DNA of 62,841 bases, counting the filler, from Choristocarpus tenellus KU-1152 (lineage: Eukaryota; Protista; Phaeophyceae), in assembly GCA_964200185.2 (NCBI GenBank). It is 11 parts of 11 records of this genome, joined end to end, with 100 filler letters (N's around TTAATTAATTAA, not from the genome) between each part and the next. Parts side by side here need not be neighbours in the genome. Positions count along the whole stretch, not along the records: positions 1 to 11,885 come from CAXNAD020002082.1; positions 11,986 to 20,486 come from CAXNAD020004644.1; 9 more parts are not named here. The stretch is one strand, 5' to 3'. Both the position numbers and the translations under genes were made by a program. The stretch's first letter is position 1. Each line of letters begins with the position of its first letter. The notes under the pieces were generated by a model. The model did not search any database. It was not told the origin of the DNA and saw only the letters and a list, made by a program, of their open reading frames with translations. Positions 1 through 12,529 of this stretch are shown here, one piece after another.

Positions 1-1000
1 CCCTCTTTTTTCACTCATATCATCATGCCCTGCACTAAACCATCCTGGCCATATAAAAAGTCAGCGGCAGCTCTTCATGGTTCTTGCAGTGAAACAGAGA
101 AGTACTTAACAGGATTACCGCTTCACCCAACACGTTTGTTGCAACATGATCATCCCAGTGGATGTAATCCTCGAGACAGGTGTGATAAGAATCGAGATAC
201 CATTGTTCCGTTGAGTTGCGCAACTGTCTGCCGTGATGGAAAGTTAGTATCTCAATACTTACCAAAATCAAAGGATGTGGGATCGAATATCGCCGTAAGG
301 TGTCTTCACAGACCAAGACCCGAGCGAATAAGATCACATAGAATTCGAATTGAACGATAGTAACATTAGAATATTCTTCATGACTTCGTGAGACCACAGA
401 TTATTTGACGATCCAATATTTACTTGATCCTTCTTTATTCTCAAGAGGTTCTATGGTATATAAATTAAATACTTGAATCTACAAGCGCACTCCCCTCATT
501 TACGTGTTGTGTGGTCGATGGGCGCAGCAAGCTGTTCAGGAATCCGCAGCAGTATCCTGGGAAAGAAGGGAAGACTTTCCCCCCAGAAGATGAAGTCAGA
601 GCATGCCTGACCAGAGATATTGTGATGCCACATGACTCAAGTGGTGATGTGCTGGCTGGCAGTACTTCAGAGAAAAAGAGCGTAAGGGTATGATTGGAAT
701 AATTGGCCACACACTAGGACTCCCAAGGAAAATTCATGCTTCTAATAGATCTACACCAAAGACAACAATGTATGGTACATCCTAGAGCTAACCACATCAG
801 CAGCACGTACAAACTGGCATTGTACCATGCACCAATAATTTCAACAGCTAGTTCTTTGCTTGGCATGTGCGGAACTGCTGGGTGTCCCACCTGCTGCCTG
901 TAGGGATCACTCAGGGTGGTGTGCACTGGGTATGCCTCATAAATAAGAACCAAGAAACACAGGGTGAATGGCAGCTCTCACCACCAAAACACAGATAGCA
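1..1000 (-). mobile_element. Decayed LTR-retrotransposon (Ty3/Gypsy-like) integrase remnant
   Basis: Broken frames give PHMPSKELAVEIIG (like the integrase P..PF..L.VD.IG motif) and LEDYIHWDDHV (integrase WD motif); many stops and frameshifts; boundaries approximate. Confidence 0.45.
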
Positions 1001-1430
1001 CGAGGTTTCAAGATTCCTAAGGGTTGCACCTGTCTTGTTGTACTTTTAGTAATCAGCAAGTGAATTTCGCTCGGAGACCTTCCTGAAAAGAAAGTCAGAG
1101 TACTACATAGTAGTTTACAAGTAAGCATGGAAATGAGACAGATATCCATCAGCATGACCGTTCAACCAATGTATACAAATTTCAAACACAACCTGGGTGA
1201 TTCTCTTCAAAGAGCCCAGGGATCGGCACACACAAATCGGAGAGACCAAAGAGGCATATGCATAATGGATACCCACTTGGTGAGGAATACAATGTACAAC
1301 ATCTGCCCTGGAAATACAGCATCTACATGTAACATATTCACACCCTTCTTGGAAAGCCCTTGACAGTCTCAGCATCACCACCTGAGCATGTCCATCCTGT
1401 GAGTAAACTCGGCAACCAAAATGGGACAGG

Positions 1431-4400
1431 TCATAACTGATCCGCCCTACAAGGAGTAACCATTCCACCCATCCATCCAGCAATCCCACCCTTCGCATCT
1501 TCACTGCTACCCACACCACCCCCGCATTTCCTATCCTCGGCCCCCACACCACTCAAGTCACTCGTACCCTGGTTGGACTCAAGCTTGATTTCATAGCCAT
1601 CCCCTCCACTTTCTGTACCCAAGTCCTCCATATCCTTTCCTCTATCCACCACCTCACAGACTCCACTACCCTGCTGCACCACTGTAACTCCACCCTCATC
1701 TCCCTCCTTGTTACTCTGGTTAGATTCAAGCTTATCTTTATAACCGTCTCCCTCACTGCACATACTGCCCTCCTTCATCTCAGATTTGTGTAAGGAATCC
1801 CAAGAGGCATACACAACAGCAAGAATGCGTCCAAGCGCTGGGCCCACCCCTGGTAGGGCCAGTAATTGCTTCTCTTTGGAGGGTACTTTGCCTTGGTGCC
1901 TTTGTTTTAGTGTGAGGGCAGCTTCATGGATGTGCTTAGCCTTTGCCTGACACAAAGTCAGAGCACCGTTTGGTCACAGTAGAGGGTGAATGGAAGAGGT
2001 TAGGAAAGTAAGGTTATGACATGGCATGCATGCAACCTACCTTCAATCTTAGGGGGAGGGGGGGGACTTGCAAAGATTGAGGAGTCGAAGATATGTTACC
2101 AGCAAAAGAAGCACAATAATATTACGCTGATAAAGCAGTCCAGACAATAGGATTCACTCTATCTCCAACCTCCCCCTACACCACTAATGCTATTATTACT
2201 GCATTATTAATTTTAAAATGTTGCCATAACTTCTAACCCCAACCAACAATCCAAGCTACCAAAAAATGGGACTGTCTTGATCGTAAAATCATGCAGGCTA
2301 GCTGCATGTTGCATCACCTTGTTCCAGTGCACGCTCCGGATGATGTCAGCAAGCTCTTCCTGTTTAATTGTTGCCATTGCCTCAACAGTGAGCCCTCCCT
2401 CCCGTTTCTTCAGTCGGGAGAGGGCTTCAGCCACCTGTGCAGACAGCAAATCGTAAAGTTCGATACATCCTGAGGGATCAATGGAGCATGAAGATTATTC
2501 CACTGGTCAAAATGTTGCTTTCAATTAATGTCCCCAGGCCTCAACCATAATACTGTTGCAAACATTGGTATGAGTGCAGTCAGTTACACTTCCCCTCTAG
2601 CACTGTCTCAAGCCAGAGGTACTGAAACAGAGTATACAGTGTAACAATAAACTACCTGCAGCTCCAACATAATATACTCAGTGTGCTCAAGTGTACACAG
2701 GTGTGCTCAACAACATGCATGCGTTGTGAATGTCTGTGCGAAAGAATAGGTGCACTGATATTCTCATACACCATAAACAAGTAACTGGCAATATCAGACA
2801 CCTTTTAAGAGGCTCCAGAGGAGGAACAGCATGCTGTGCGGCTTACAAAATGATGTCCACTACTTGGGACATGAAGGCACTTAGGTTAGTGACAAGGTGA
2901 CCTTGCACATAAGGCCAGTTGTAGCCTATCCATCCATACCAATGAGTACATCGCACAATGAGTCCATCATTTAGCACATCACAGTAGGGGGTGCTACAAG
3001 AGTTTCCAGTCCTCTCTCCTCACACCACTATCATATTGGTGGGTATCGATTCAAACAGTTGACGACGGCGTGACAAGCAACAACTTACACACACTTGCGT
3101 AATATATTACATGTTTTGTACAGATGAACTGCATAGCATACATGTTAGATGGAGTCTAAAACAGGTGCAGAACATTGAACACTGGAGAGTACCTCACAAC
3201 TACAGGGTAACTCTTGCCTTCGCCCTGAGTATGTCCACCATCTAAGTAAGCTCGGCAACCAAAATGGGACAGGTTAAAACTGATCCGCCTTACAAGAAGC
3301 AACCATTCTATCCATCCGTACAGCAATCCCACCCTTCCCGTCTCCACTGCTACCCACACTACCACCATAATTCCTATCCTCGGTCCCCTCTCCACTCAAG
3401 TCACTTGTAACTCCCGTGGACTCAAGCTTGATATCACAGTCACGAAGTCTTCTGCACCCGTTCCTCTACTCATCACCTAACAGACTCCACTATCCCGCTG
3501 TACCGTAACTTTATCCCCATCCCTAACCACACCACATCCAAATCTAACTCTACACTCACCCCCCCCCCTCCAACCTTTGGATGGAAACATGCTGAATGAT
3601 GACTGCCTTGTGTGTACATTCTCGCTCACCAATTGAAATCCCTCTCTGCGACAAGGATCCTGTCATGGCTATCAATCAGTTTCCATTAAAATTACACCTC
3701 TTTCACACTGCCTAACTAATGTCAAGTTGGTATGGGATCACAAAATACAAGACCGGTTCTGAAGTTCTCCCTGTCTCTGCCATCAACGATCTTAACGACT
3801 GCAGCAAGCACTAATAGAGTAGGCTCCTTTCTCACCACAACTGCCTGGGCCCGACTGGAGAGTATTACGGAGACCAGAACCTGAAATCGCTGGACCAATT
3901 CAATCTCCTTCCCATCTGCCATTGCCCTCCACTTGTTTACCACACCAAGGCGTTCGACCTCGCTCAAGTTGTCGAAATCCTCCGCCCTAGAGCACAAGGC
4001 CTTGCCAGTAGCCACTTTCCCCTCAGACCTGTCAGGTTTGCTCTTTTTGGCGCGACCTGCCCAGGATTTATACAGCATAGATACTGATATGTAAGATAGT
4101 ATGCCCTGCTCAAATGCGGTCAACTAACACTTCGAGCTCATGGTAAAAGCTCGATTGGGTCTGGGAGGAGACACAAGGTTACTGTTGAAATTTGCTCTTA
4201 CCATTTACAGTGCCTGCCTTGCGTTTGAATGGACCCGATGAGTACTCTCCACCCCCGAGCACAGAATGTAAAGTATATTTGGATGTGGGATGATCGAGGT
4301 GGTTGTTACCCGCATCATCACCTGACCCCACACTCGGTGACCTACCAACAGTCACCTTGCTCTTAGTGGCGGTGGTACATCCACCAAACGCGAACAACGC

Positions 4401-4829
4401 AAAAGGATTACTGCTCTCTTCTGTGGTGGATGCAGGGAAGTCTTCAGGATCGTTGGCGGTCATATCATGAGGATGCAACGAGTCACCTCCGACTTCATCC
4501 TTTACTATAACAGCTCTTGCATCCTCCTTCCTGGGCCGCTTGCTTGGAAAGTTAACTTCATCACCGCCAAAGTTACAGTCTCCTTTTGCAAGCTTACGGT
4601 CTTTGCACCTCTCGAGTGCGCTACCAGATTCCACCTTATATGACTCAACCCAACCTACATTGTCCTCAGTCCTCTCTCCTGCCAACGGGCGACTGGCTTC
4701 TTCCACAGTAACTTCTTCTACCAGCATGTTATTGTCGACAACAGCAGCACGGCTTTGATCTGCGTATGTGGCTTCATCCTCCTGCTTACGACCAACCTTT
4801 ACTGGCAGCTTCAAGCGATTTACTTTCAT
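1431..4829 (-). CDS. Endonuclease III / HhH-GPD superfamily DNA glycosylase-like protein, 4 exons (4829-4202, 4056-3836, 2434-2318, 1946-1431)
   Basis: GT-AG introns with compatible phases join RFQVLVSVILSSRAQ, GGLTVEAM...ELADIIRSVHWNK-AKAKHI and the helix-hairpin-helix LLALPGVGP. Start codon and 3' end are less certain. Confidence 0.8.
3224..3520 (+). repeat. Diverged direct copy of about 1381-1700 (3' end of the HhH-GPD gene) lying inside intron 2
   Basis: Shared blocks such as ctcggcaaccaaaatgggacaggt, cagcaatcccaccctt, cactcaagtcact and ggactcaagcttgat occur in the same order at both sites. Confidence 0.85.
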
Positions 4830-6168
4830 GGGAACAAGTATTGAGGTTGGAAACTCAACTCCATAGTTTGTGTACCAACTCCCAAGTTCTATCAAAATAT
4901 GGTTCTCAACTAGTCCAGATCATGCCTAGTCTCTGATCAGCGGTCCGGATCTGGTGTTAACCATCCCCATCTACACGAGTCCGAGATGTTATGCAACAGA
5001 AATTCTAAGTCCGTCTGCGTCTTAGAGCAGCACCGGGTCCAGTCTCAAATGTTTACCAGTCCCCACATTACCCACAAAGTCCAAACGCACCATACACTAC
5101 ATCACATTTGAAGTCTAACAATATCAACCAAGGTGACAAGGTTCAAGTCCATCTTTAGAAAAAATGTTGAAAAGAACCAGGACTGGTATTTTTAGTAGAG
5201 TAGGGGTAAGATATATATAGTATAATATTGAATTATAAATTGATATAAATTGATATAAATTGATTAGGACAAAGTCAGTTTGATACAATGTATAGTGGTC
5301 GAAATGTCGTGATACTTTTTTGTTCGTTTTAATTCGTTGGGAAACATGGACAAAACCGTTCATTTTGTTGTCTTTAATGAACTGTTCTCTCCATGGTTTG
5401 GGTAATATTGGACAAAAAAAATTGAACTCGGACCCTCTCTTTTCATTCCCTCAGACCTGTGGTTTCCTGTAACAGTATTTGAGTTCAAATAATTATTTTT
5501 CTGTACGGCTCTCCATTAACAACACTGACTGATCACATTGACCTGGAGGAGTGTGTGTGTGTGATCGATCCTGGATGCAACACAATTCTTGTTCTTCGCA
5601 GTGTTGGATTACCCATGTAGTTTCGGGACTTTTTCCTTCCTGTCAAATTCTTAGTGACCCATTCTCAAAAAAACGGGCATTCTCAACTTCCCATCTGGAA
5701 TTAAATGAGGATCGTCACATGAGGAAGTGGCCTCAGACACCCAAGAAAGAGTCAATCGAGAGGGTCCCACTCCAGACCATTGTCACTCAACATATCTCAC
5801 TCAATGAAGCCAGCTGTCAAGTGTGGTGCTTGAGCCAGGAGAACTTAACAAGAGTTGGGAATCTATTGGATGATCTATTGGGTGACCACCACACCTCCTG
5901 AATCCACAAGAAAAACCTAAAAGACAGGAAAGCCCCTAAGTGAAACTCTCGACCCACCGAGCATTGTTGTTATTATGAAGGTGTTCAACAAAACAACTAC
6001 CCCCCTCAAAAATAGGGGTTGTTCCATACCTTGGTTAGGCGTTTAGGAGTATCATAGTGGAATTCGTCCACACCTTATTGGAACTTTCTTGATTTTTTTA
6101 TTATTCGATATGTGCCATTCATACATACCCATTTTTGATTACTTTTATGGGGAAAGTATACGTTTACC

Positions 6169-7485
6169 ATGACACATCCCTGCTTGGAAACCCCAGATCG
6201 TATTGTCAGGGTTAGGGATTGCAGGTTTGAAAGGGAGGAGAAGGGTGAGACACTTAAGTTGAACGTGTACCGCATCAATATGGTGTCTGATCCGGAAATA
6301 CCAAGCAATAAATACAATACCCCCGTTCACAATCGGGAACGCCTCGATGTCCCAGACGTCGAGTTGAGTCCATGCCTGGCCATGCTGAATGTTGGGGACT
6401 GCAAAACAGAATCAGACCCAAGTCGAGCAGGAAACCGTCACGTTAGCACCTTCGCGGCAGAAGTGGCGAAGCCGAAAGAGGGTCAAAATGTTGCGCGAGA
6501 GAAATTGAGCGAGGGTGATAGAGGAGGGCTTGGACGAGATGATGACGGGAACGGACCAAGTTTGATGGAGCAGATGATGGAGGAGGCAATGACAGCGAGG
6601 AAGGAGGAGGCTAAAAAAGATCGCAAACATGAGCGCCAGAAGGTCAGGAAGGATTTCGGAGGGGGCCTGAAAAAGGGCTTTCTCTCTGGTAGTGAATCGA
6701 AGGGAAAAGCGAAGGGAAAGAAGAAGGCGGGCCATACCAGTAGAAAAAACGAAGCAACAAGTCAAGCAACCGTTGTAACATCAACCAAGAAGGACATGCC
6801 CATAATCACAGGTCGCAAAGACCCGAATAGCTCAGCGAGCTCCCACAGTGGCCTTGAGTTTGATTTATCAACTGGAGGTTCAGCTGTTGCTGACGAGGGA
6901 TTGATCCTGCCTGAGGTTCAAGAAGCCATGAAAAGCAATGCCGGCAATCCACTTGGTGGTGAAGAGGGAAACACAACAAGTTGGCTCACACCAGAGCTTC
7001 TCACTAAAATCTCAGCCAAGCCCCGCCTAGCGGCCATGCTTGGCGACCCTCAGTTTGCACGGGCAATGGCACTGCTCGCTACAGCACCAGAGGAAGCGGC
7101 AAACCTCTTTGGAAGAAGTACTGAGACGAGGGAGACCTTCTCTGAACTGATGGGACTGCTTGGGGATCACTTCAACGGGCTGGATAATGATATGAAGAGA
7201 GAAGAAATAGAGAGGCGGAAGGCTGCGGAGGGACCTCTAATGCAAGAGGCCTTGCGACGACACGCGAAGGTCCCACGGGAACCACCATCAAGAGAAGAAG
7301 AGGTGGAAGTGCAGCAAATACTTGGGCAAGCAGAGTTGCGGGAGTTGTTGTTGGATCCTGAGATGCAACGTGTTTTGCACAAGTGTGGGGAACCAGGTAA
7401 ATTGAGGCGTTATATGGATGACCCAGTTGTTGGACCTAAGATCCAGAAGCTGGCTAAGGCTGGGCTGGTGTCTTTCCAGGGTTAG
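6169..7485 (+). CDS. STI1/HOP DP-repeat-containing co-chaperone-like protein (single ORF; true start may be a downstream ATG)
   Basis: 438-aa ORF with LAAMLGDPQF, LLLDPEMQRVL and terminal DDPVVGPKIQKLAKAGLV (STI1 DP-type C-terminus), plus a GGLKKGFL motif. Confidence 0.75.
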   Translation: MTHPCLETPDRIVRVRDCRFEREEKGETLKLNVYRINMVSDPEIPSNKYNTPVHNRERLDVPDVELSPCLAMLNVGDCKTESDPSRAGNRHVSTFAAEVAKPKEGQNVAREKLSEGDRGGLGRDDDGNGPSLMEQMMEEAMTARKEEAKKDRKHERQKVRKDFGGGLKKGFLSGSESKGKAKGKKKAGHTSRKNEATSQATVVTSTKKDMPIITGRKDPNSSASSHSGLEFDLSTGGSAVADEGLILPEVQEAMKSNAGNPLGGEEGNTTSWLTPELLTKISAKPRLAAMLGDPQFARAMALLATAPEEAANLFGRSTETRETFSELMGLLGDHFNGLDNDMKREEIERRKAAEGPLMQEALRRHAKVPREPPSREEEVEVQQILGQAELRELLLDPEMQRVLHKCGEPGKLRRYMDDPVVGPKIQKLAKAGLVSFQG

Positions 7486-8298
7486 TAAGAAGGACAAAGT
7501 CGGTTATGTTTTTTCTGTGACATTTTTCTTTGCAGCCGTTGTATATAATGTACATCTTGTCGCAGTTCTCTAGAGCTGTAGATTGTCAGCTCCATTAAAC
7601 AAAAAGGAAAGGAAATGCTATTCTGGATGGGCAGTATCTTTGTTACTCTAATATCCAGGGGGACGTTTGTGGGCGTCTAACCTCTTTCCCTGCCACATTC
7701 ACGCCTACCTTCACAAAAACAATGCACCACTTGAAGAATCCATCTACTAAGCAAAGCACTGCATCATATTCTGGCAATCTATGCCCAAGAATAATTGAAT
7801 CGTTTCTTCTTCAAGGTATCCTGACAGCACGCGGTGCAAATGACTCCTCAGCTTGCGTGCATGCAAATGAGGCTATCCATCAGGGAAGCATCTTACCCTT
7901 CTTATGTTCAACCACGCTGCCTGCAAGGTAGCACAGTGGAAATTTGCACTAGCCATTCCTGCCTGTACAGTGGCATGTCCAGATAATGAGTGAGGAGGCT
8001 AGTGCATCAAAGTTGGGGAACCACATCTTGCTTCTCCCCTCCTCGAGAGGTATCATTTTTTTTTTTCAAACGTATGTCTTACATTTTGTAACATCTTGAA
8101 CAGAGAGGGGAGCTAAGGTCTGATGATGAAAAGGAGTGCATAGGGGCATTTGTGAATGTTGAACCCTCATCTCTGACCCGGTAGCTTGTTATGAGAGACT
8201 TGATTTCAAGGGTTGTATGAGTCTGCCAGGGAGGGCACACTGACTTTTGTGCAACTTGTGAGTTGCTTGTATTAGGTCTGGGGGGGTAGCAAACTAAT

Positions 8299-8528
8299 TG
8301 AGAGGTAGGCAGGGTTGCATTTAAAGGATCCTGACAAAGGACAAAAAGACGCCATTTTGTACAATTCCAGAAATAACATTTGCTTAATTGTGGTGCCACT
8401 TTGTGTGTGGAAAGGGGGAATATCAGTTTTACATACGCTGTTGTGTAAAGGAAATGGAATGGAGTGTGTTGTACAGGGAAAGAAAGATGACATAAAGTGC
8501 GAAAGGGTACAAACCTGCCTACCTCTCA
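8299..8528. mobile_element. MITE family C, copy 1 (~230 bp)
   Basis: 19-bp TIR TGAGAGGTAGGCAGGGTTG ... CAAACCTGCCTACCTCTCA with one mismatch; second copy at 31547-31778. Confidence 0.8.
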
Positions 8529-9149
8529 AATGGGTTGACTCAGGGGTCGTTTGACCTTTTGGGTTGTAGTGCTCGTTAGTTTATTGCTATTTTAGACCTT
8601 CTCATCAAATATACTCAAGTTTGTTGTTTGTTTTGAGCTAGTCCTCATCAAATCTCTCTTATTGTACTCATGAGAACTAGCCACCTGATCTTAGAGAAGT
8701 ATCTGTTTAGATCCTTTTGAGCTCTTTGGACTTCAAAAATCTTCTGTCTGACATACAGTTCTTCATGACTGAAACGCGACTAACTCCCCATACTACTTAT
8801 TTTTTACTAAACATCATATTAGTCTGAGGGATCCCACACCCACAATCGAAAAGGTTATCAAAAGGAGGCAATATACACTCCTCGAAAAAGGAAACATGGA
8901 TCATAAAAGAAAACCAAAACAGTAGTGGAAGAGAAAGAAAAGGAGAAGGAAAAGAGAATGAAAAATATAAAATAATATAAATGAAGGTATAGAACCCACA
9001 CGACAAGAACGTAGTCACTCGAAAATAACGAAACGGGAAGAAAAGAAAGACAAAAGGATAAAGGATGCAAGAAAACAAAAAACATGATAAATGAGAAAAC
9101 CGCATCCAGCAAGCAATGGTGGTGGCGGTGATGTCGGTGGCTTGGGCAA

Positions 9150-9730
9150 CCTTAACTGCTGCTCTGGTATGACATGCTTAGCTTTCACAGCTTCCTTGGA
9201 TTGACACTCTGCCATGAAGCTCGTTGTGCTGTCAGCCACACACTCATACCACTCCTGTTAGTTAGGGGCGCTGGCACTCCAGCCCTAAGCCTTAATCTCA
9301 AACTTCTCAAGATCGTCATGAAAGCGTGTCCACCAGTTCTTCTCCTGACCTCCTTGCTTTCGCTTTCCAGTAACAACCTCCTCAAACATCAATACCTCAT
9401 CTCCAACGCATGCAACTCACTAACCCAGCAAGTAGGGATCTCTACTTGCGCACCATTGCCTTGATACTCTCACATCCATTTTTCACAAGAACATATTTGT
9501 AGGGCAGGATACACAGAACATAACTGGTGCGTTTTGTTTGTTGAAACCTATACAGCAGAGGAGAGATATGTGGTGATGTGAACAGAGCTTCACATGGTGG
9601 AGCTGGCAGAGTGTCCATGTCATACAACCATACTTCGAAGTATATCAGAACTTCAAGTACTTCAGACTTGTAGCAAATAGGTCCACACTTGCGTGTAACT
9701 GTATGTACATAAATACCTGGTCTACACATA
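9150..9730 (-). mobile_element. LINE (RTE-like) ORF2 C-terminal remnant
   Basis: EVLEVLIY..., YKYVLVKNGCESIKAMVRK*R...RRLLL match the post-RT region of LINEs; stops and frameshifts present. Confidence 0.55.
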
Positions 9731-10067
9731 GGTTACGTTCGTAGTAGTGTTAGTCTGGTATTATAGCAGTACAGGTGTTCATTGATCCAGACTTCTCATT
9801 GGAGGATACTCAAAAGAATGTAATTCGTATGAAATGCAACACCTCTAGCTGTAGCTTCCCTTATAGTACAATGAGGTCGTTGAGGTGAGCAATACAACAA
9901 CTCTGAGCCATCCTAACTTAGAGGGGATTGTCGTTGGGTGTTGAAGGTGCAGTGATTGCCTTCTGGTATATGTGCTTCTAGAACTCTGGAGGACAATTTC
10001 CGCTTATGTTGACTAAAGAACTTCGTCTCCACATATACAGGTAGCTACAGCCTCCTGATGGAGATGA

Positions 10068-10513
10068 GGCTCAAAGTATCCGAGGGGGGGGGAGGGATCT
10101 GAGTCAAGGTATCTTAGAGGGTAGAGCTGCGTCCATTTGGGGGGCCAAAATCAAATGTTGCGATTTTGATGTAAATTTGGCTATCGTGTTTGTTAGGAAG
10201 CGTCAATACCCTTGTTCCGGAAACATCTTTTTCATAATGTATACACTTTGCCTACTCTGAACTGTTTCGGAGTAGGCAAAATGTCATAAAATACCCATGG
10301 GAAGCCAAGCCCCAAACGGACAAACAGGGTAAAACTCGTACCCGCTGAGATACTTTCACTAGTCTACACTATAGTGTCCACTTGGGTCCTGATCAGGAAA
10401 AGTGCACTTACATCCACCCAACGCATGCAATCCAAATCACCCAAAAATCACGACATGGAAAAATGGCCCCCAATTGGACAGCCGCCACCCTCCCCCCCCA
10501 GATACTTTGTGCC
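10068..10513. mobile_element. MITE family B carrying a nested MITE A
   Basis: Ends GGCTCAAAGTATCCG(G)n ... (C)nAGATACTTTGTGCC; TGA on both flanks (10065-67, 10514-16). Confidence 0.85.
10101..10361. mobile_element. MITE family A (~258 bp) nested in MITE B
   Basis: Ends GAGTCAAGGTATCTTAGAGGGTA ... TACCCGCTGAGATACTTTCACT; colinear with copies at 19699 and 61746. Confidence 0.85.
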
Positions 10514-11027
10514 TGATGTGGGCATTGTCTTCGAGACCCAAGCAGGTTTGGCCAGGATGATGACTGTGTTTTTATGAAGGTGGCCAAATCATTCAGTCTG
10601 TCTGTGTCCGTGTTGAAAACAGAGGTCATGTGACTTCGGCCTCCTAGTCATGCTGCCGGGAGCATGCAGATCGAGGCACTGGACCAGACCTACAAGCAGA
10701 TCCAAAAGTTTGTTTAATTTGGGGGAACCTTCAGTGCTGATATCAGAAGTAGGATTCAGAAAGCTTGGAGTTGTTTGCAAATACAACAAAGTATTCTGAT
10801 TACAGGAACTCAGGTGTCTCCCTCGAGCCAAAGTTTTGAACGCTCAAGTATTGCTCATAGGAGCCAAGCATATCAACCTCTTCCTCACAACAAGGTTAGT
10901 CGAACCGTACAATCAGAATCGTGATTTTGATCCCACATGATGAGGGATTAAAAACAGAAGTTGTCGCATTGTTCTGAATAAAAACTCTTACTAAACAAAA
11001 AACTTGCACTGAATTATACGCCTCCCT

Positions 11028-11086
11028 TCCTACTACTTCTACTTCTACTACTACTACTACTACCACTACTACCACTACTACCACTA
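11028..11086 (+). repeat. (ACT/ACC)n microsatellite
   Basis: Direct reading. Confidence 0.9.
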
Positions 11087-11829
11087 GGACGAGAAATGTT
11101 TAAGATAGCTCTTGATATTTTGAAACAAGGGCATTTTACAGCTGTTTTTTCAGGGTCTCTCGCCAGAAGGGGAAAATAGTGTCCATCGGCACACAGTGAC
11201 ATCCCCCACACACATTGGAAACCTGAAAATGTAACTGCAACAACTTTACCATATTTGTAGAACCTACCTTCAACTTCAATCTTCATCCTCTCACCTCATA
11301 TCTCGAAATTAATATCTGAATTTTTGTTCGTATCTGATTTTGTGACTCCTTGGAAATGAAGTACCCTCCCCAATGTGGGCTACCCATTTATAGTTTTGTT
11401 CTTCAATTCTTCTGGGCAAATGCAAGGAGAGAGGTTCGCGGGCCAGACTGAATTCACCATTTTCTATGATACCTTCAAACCAGGTCCCCCAAGCATTGGA
11501 ACCTCTTCTGTCCTCCGACCGGATAGATTTCAATCCTGTTTGACATATCTAGACCAGGGTCATCAGATATTGTAGCCAGACCAGGTCGGCTCAAAGCATC
11601 TTGACTGGGCGGGTCCAGTAGATAATTTTTATCCATGGCCGTCAACTATTTTAACGTGGCTGGGCCGTGGGTCGGCCTGGTACCAATATGTTCTAACAGT
11701 CCATGGCCATCTGCTGTTTTGACATGACCTCTGAGTAGTGGACCAGGCCATGGCCATGGCTGAGCCCCGGTCATACTAGCTGGCCAGACTGAAGAAAAAG
11801 CCTCATCTTGGAATTGTTGTTTTATTATT

Positions 11830-11885
11830 GACTCAAAGTATCTGGGAGGGGGTGGCGGCTGTCCATTTGGGGTCAAATTTTTCCT
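11830..11885. mobile_element. MITE B partial (contig end)
   Basis: GACTCAAAGTATCTGGGAGGGGGTGGCGGCTGTCCATTTGGGG. Confidence 0.8.
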
Positions 11886-11985
11886 NNNNNNNNNNNNNNN
11901 NNNNNNNNNNNNNNNNNNNNNNNNNNNNNTTAATTAATTAANNNNNNNNNNNNNNNNNNNNNNNNNNNNNNNNNNNNNNNNNNNN
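11886..11985. other. Artificial contig linker (44 N + TTAATTAATTAA + 44 N); identical linkers start at 20487, 29616, 34217, 42099, 46783, 49508, 53512, 56138 and 59082
   Basis: Invariant 100-nt structure whose core puts stops in all six frames. Confidence 0.98.
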
Positions 11986-12066
11986 TGTAAGTGCACTTTT
12001 CCTGGTTATGACCCAAATGGACCCACCCTAGTGCAGATCCCCCCCCCCTCCCAGATACTTTGGGTC
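11986..12066. mobile_element. MITE B partial (contig start)
   Basis: ...CCCAAATGGAC...CCCCCTCCCAGATACTTTGGGTC. Confidence 0.8.
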
Positions 12067-12529
12067 AAAAACTGTTTTGAAATTCCAGCCTAACCCATGC
12101 CAACACAGTGATGATACCAACTATTCTTGTCACAAGGCCACCATCACTCTACCATGAGACCCATGCCATCTGTTACTAATACAATGATTGTGGAGACAGC
12201 ACTACCGTTGAAAAAATATTATTGTGTGCACCTGACAACAGGGAGTCGAGAGAGGATGGCACATCCCGAGGTGTCGAGGGGTGCTGGTGGGCCCTCAATG
12301 AACCGCATGCCTGCTGCGCTAGTCAATGTAATACCTGTTCCCAAGCAGCAGCCTCATCGAACCTGTCTCCTTTGGAGATGGGGTTAAAATAATATTATGT
12401 ATATATGCAAGGCATTGCAAGGGTCATGTATCTATTGGCGAGTCAATATTGATAGAGGTATCATTGTCAAGGTCAGGGCAAGAGACTTTCATGAAAGGAA
12501 AAAAATCATGTTCAAGGAGTTGCTGTAGA

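Larger units (their letters stand above)
10060..10870 (+). mobile_element. LINE reverse-transcriptase remnant, interrupted by nested MITEs B and A
   Basis: Removing the insertion restores GDDVGIVFETQAGLARMMTVF...KTEVM...QTYKQIQKFV*FGG...IRSRIQKAW, i.e. the RT DD motif and downstream blocks. Confidence 0.7.

Noticed and set aside
11886-11985. Recurrent TTAATTAATTAA palindrome as a biological site
   Set aside because: Always centred in 44+44 N; an artificial six-frame-stop linker
11830-12066. One MITE B spanning the linker
   Set aside because: The ends are compatible but the flanks (ATT vs AAA) do not form the 3-bp TSD seen in complete copies; adjacency is unsupported
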